Positions 63,984 through 64,000 of a stretch of DNA of 64,000 nt are shown piece after piece (the stretch's first letter is position 1; every line of letters starts with the position of its first letter). Source of the stretch: a virus (Duplodnaviria > Heunggongvirae > Uroviricota > Caudoviricetes); the IMG/VR virus record IMGVR_UViG_3300032665_000013; one strand, given 5' to 3'. The notes under the pieces were generated by a model. That model saw nothing but the letters and a program-made list of their open reading frames with translations, was not told the DNA's origin and made no database searches. The translations under genes and the position numbers were made by a program.

Positions 63984-64000
63984 GTTAATTTTGGTGTTAT

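Noticed and set aside
1-64000. Prophage or integrative element (integrase, att sites)
   Set aside because: No tyrosine or serine recombinase motifs, no tRNA-3' direct repeats, and the gene content is that of a virulent T4-like phage.

Overview
AT-rich (about 35% GC) segment of a T4-like myovirus genome. It is not collinear with T4 and contains no integrase or CRISPR array. Identified by direct protein similarity: gp32 ssDNA-binding protein and gp59 helicase loader (4.3-5.9 kb); a virion module with gp4, gp2-like, gp3-like, gp53, gp27 and a two-ORF gp5 spike (9.8-17.9 kb); an NAD+ salvage module (nadV, natV) with a macro-domain protein (24-31 kb); a nucleotide-heptose pathway cluster (36.8-40.9 kb); a cluster of roughly 20 minus-strand tRNA genes with tRNA fragments and homing endonucleases (43.7-62.3 kb); and an RNA/DNA repair block with Pnk kinase, DNA ligase and RNA ligase 1 (54-60 kb). 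Five free-standing homing endonuclease genes are present (3 GIY-YIG, 2 HNH). One GIY-YIG gene cleanly splits nadV into two translationally coupled cistrons. Other notable items are a Ro60-like vWA protein followed by tRNA-Ala and two anticodon-arm-less tRNA-like elements, a +1 frame break in rnlA, an extra M15 peptidase domain on the gp5 spike, and membrane/lipoprotein accessory genes (Ail/OmpX-like porin, SPFH protein). Coordinates of the RNA and regulatory features were read by hand and may be off by 1-2 nt. Most minus-strand products are assigned from remembered family motifs, not database searches.
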